Shown piece after piece: positions 61,140-64,000 of a DNA stretch of 64,000 nt. The translations under genes were made by a program, and so were the position numbers. The notes beneath the pieces are model-generated. The model was not told where the DNA came from. It was given only the letters and a program-made list of their open reading frames with translations, and searched no databases. The stretch comes from Squalus acanthias (lineage: Eukaryota). The stretch lies in the NCBI GenBank assembly GCA_030390025.1, contig CM059433.1:31746001-31810000 (forward strand), given 5' to 3'. Positions within the stretch are counted from its first letter, which is position 1, and each line of letters opens with the position of its first letter.

Positions 61140-62412
61140 TTTGTGTTTTAAAAAAAAATTCCTGAAGGTATAAAATTCCCATATTTTCACCAGACTATAC
61201 ACTTCTAGCAGTGGACAGGCTAGTGCACAACCTGTTAACTAACTACACAGTATAGTATCGTGTTGTGCTATGTAAACCAGGAAGAACCGAGGTTTTACCT
61301 GTTTAGTGAGCCAATCTGGGCTACAACAAATGCAGTGGATCTCAATAACCCAGACAATAGAGGGAAAAACTACTTCTACGCTTGTGCACCATCTAGCAAC
61401 CACTGCTGATAATGTATTCTTGTGGTCACAGATGTAGTTTGGGCTGGGCTCTGTTGGCCCTTTGATAGAGTCTGTTGGCACTCACTGTCAAGGCCCATGC
61501 ATGAAGAGTTGCCACTTGAGAGAAGGCGACCACACCATTTCTGGAAGCAAATCCCAGCATGTCACTGTCTTCAGCAGAAAATAAGCAAGGGGATAAAACT
61601 GGAGCAGAAATATCCTGCCACTGTTACCCATTGCAGTATAGTAAGGTTCTAGATTTGTTTTGCCATATGCTACTAAAATTCCTTCAGCTTGATATCTGAA
61701 ATAAATGATCTTAATTTCTACCATCTACAAAAGTAATGTCCAATTATACGAGTCTTCTTTATGAACCCATTAAAGCAATTAGACGTTAGAAGTTGCTCTT
61801 TCGCAGGGTCCTTTCAAGTTCCCTTCATCTTCGAGCTTTGGAGTTTTAAAAGCATGATTCCATTACGTTGATTTTTTCCTTCTGATAGCACAGGCAACCT
61901 TTCACTAATATTCATAATTGCGAGTAATTTGTTATGCAAATACATATATTAACTATTCAGTTAATGCACATAAAAATTGCTTGCTCCCATCTGCCTTCTT
62001 GTGAGATCTAAGGTTTCCTTCAGAAATGTTTCTCATTAATAAACTCCATCTCCTTTTCACAGAGTAATGATGGCAAAGGCTAGCTGCATAATTGAAAGTG
62101 CTATTTCCATTTCTCTTCATGTTAGTTTCCTTTTTGACAAACGCATTTCAAAAGGTGTTAGGAACATGCATCTACAACAAATACAGAGAGAATCAAAAAT
62201 TCATTTAGATACTATTTTACCTCAGAGTCCCACTGAATAAATATTCTATATAATATTTTTAATGACGGAAAACTAATATATTTTCCTATTTTTTTGTAAA
62301 CAATGTATTTTTTTAATAAATAAATGTTCTGGCCACTGAATATATTTAACAGAAGCCAAATAAGTTTTATTTCAAGTATTAGCGAACGATGATCAACAAC
62401 AACTTGCACTTA

Positions 62413-62840
62413 AGGTAGCAACGGTAGCATAGTGGTTAGCCTACTGGACTAGTAATCCAGAGGCCTGGACTAATGATCCGGAGACAGGAATTCAAATCCC
62501 ACCTCCGCAGCAACTCACCAAGGTTTCTTTGGCAGCACCTCCCAAACCCGCGACCTCTTCCACCTGGAAGGACAAGAACAGCAGATGCATGGGGACACTA
62601 CCACCTCCAAGTTCCCCTCCAAGTCACACACCATCCTGCCTTGGAAGTATATTGCCGTTCCTTCATTATTGCTGGGTCAAAATCCTGGAACTCCCTCCCT
62701 ACAGCACGGTGGGAGTACCTTCACCACACGGACTGCAGCAGTTCAAGAAGGTGGTTCACCACCAGCTTCTCAAGGGCAATTAGGGATGGGCAATAAATGC
62801 TGGCCTTGCCAGCGATGCCCACATCCCATGAACGAATAAA
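62413..62840 (+). mobile_element. tRNA-like SINE head fused to a ~335-bp CR1-like LINE 3' end
   Basis: Head (ggtagcatagtggttagc...attcaaatccc) to about 62502, then sequence matching about 40405-40735. Confidence 0.7.
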
Positions 62841-62844
62841 CAAG

Positions 62845-63247
62845 AAGTCCCAAGGCACTTCACAGGAGTGGTAACAAACAACATTTGAGACCAAGCCACA
62901 TAAGGAGATATTAGGACAGGTTCTCAAAAGCTTGGTCAAAGAGATAGGTTTTATGGAGCGTCTTAAAGGAGGAGAGAGAGGTAGAGAGGTGGAGAGGTTT
63001 AGGGAGGAAATTCCAGAGCTTTGGGCCTGGGCAGCTGGAGGCACGGCCGCCAACGGTGAAGCGATAAAAATCGAGAATGAGCAAGCGGTCAGAATTGGAG
63101 GAGCGCAGAGACCTCAGAGGGTTGTAGGGCTGGTTAAAGAGGTAGGGAGGGGGGTGAGGCCATGGAGAGATTTGAAAACAAAGATGAGAATGATAAAATT
63201 GAGGCATTGCCGAAGCGGGAGCCAATGAAGGTCAGCAAGCATAGGTC
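62845..63247 (-). mobile_element. L2-type LINE 3' fragment (extreme tail displaced to about 62394-62412)
   Basis: Matches 27181-27610. Confidence 0.8.
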
Positions 63248-63764
63248 ACCAACACTTAAAGTAGAAAACTGTAATATTTTGGTCTTTACCTGCATTGTCT
63301 GTGATGAAACTGCAATTTATAATATTTCTGTAATGCTAATATTTAGCATTTTGTATTAACAATTATTACCAAACTGATTACCCTAGTGTTTTGGACTGTT
63401 AGATAATAAACAGAAGGGGTAATTGTTGCGCATAATCTCTAGCATTTCATGTTATTATAATGAAATGGTTTCTTTGCAATACTAAAGTGGCAAGGCATTG
63501 TCATTCCGCATGCCCAGCAGGAAGCCTAGTTCAGTCAGACACTTGCGCACCTCATGCTCCCGCATTTAACGGCTGAAAATTAAATCAACTTACTGACGTT
63601 GGTTGACGTCAAAGGACTAAGCTCCCCCCAGCCCCCACCTCACAATGTTAAAGAGGTGGCTCTTTCACTCTGTGGGGCACAAAATGGGCAAATGGGCACT
63701 AATAGCTTGTAGCAGAAAGTCAGATACAGCTAATTTTGGAATAACTTAGCTGGAAAATAAGTTT

Positions 63765-64000
63765 CATAGAATCATAGAAATTTACGGCACAGAAGGAGGC
63801 CATTCGGCCCATCGTGTCTGTGCTGACCGAAAAAGAGCTATCCAGCCTAATCTCACGTTCCAGCTCTTGGTCCGTAGCCCTGTAGGTTACGGCACTTCAA
63901 GTGCATATCCAAATACTTTTTAAATGCGAGGAGGGTTTCTGCCTCTACCACCCTTTCAGGCAGTGAGTTCCAGACCCCTACCACCCTCTGGGTGAAAAAC
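63765..64000 (-). mobile_element. CR1-type 3' end running off the window
   Basis: (catagaat) repeats and ggccattcggccc, the reverse complement of the CR1 tail. Confidence 0.8.

Overview
Eukaryotic, repeat-dense vertebrate DNA. The SINE and LINE families (HE1-like V-SINE, SacSINE1-like DeuSINE, HER1/CR1-like LINEs) point to a cartilaginous fish, probably a shark. One host gene is recognisable: EYS (eyes shut homolog) on the minus strand. Its first coding exon is at 31348-32378 (ATG at 32143) and the next 114-nt EGF exon is at 10943-11056, about 20 kb away. Most of the remainder is transposable elements: a CR1-type LINE with an intact 1046-codon ORF2 and an SGNH-esterase ORF1, a full-length decayed Tx1 LINE inserted into the A-box of a tRNA-derived SINE, a Vingi-like LINE fragment, several 3-bp-TSD PIF/Harbinger-type MITE families, and a 10-kb nest at 42.1-52.2 kb. 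In that nest a decayed Harbinger transposon hosts a full-length Gypsy element, an internally deleted RTE LINE, a V-SINE carrying an unusual 1.69-kb TG...CA solo LTR, and another MITE. No prokaryotic features, CRISPR arrays or true rRNA/tRNA genes were seen. Family names come from recalled motifs, not database searches, and boundaries of decayed repeats are approximate.
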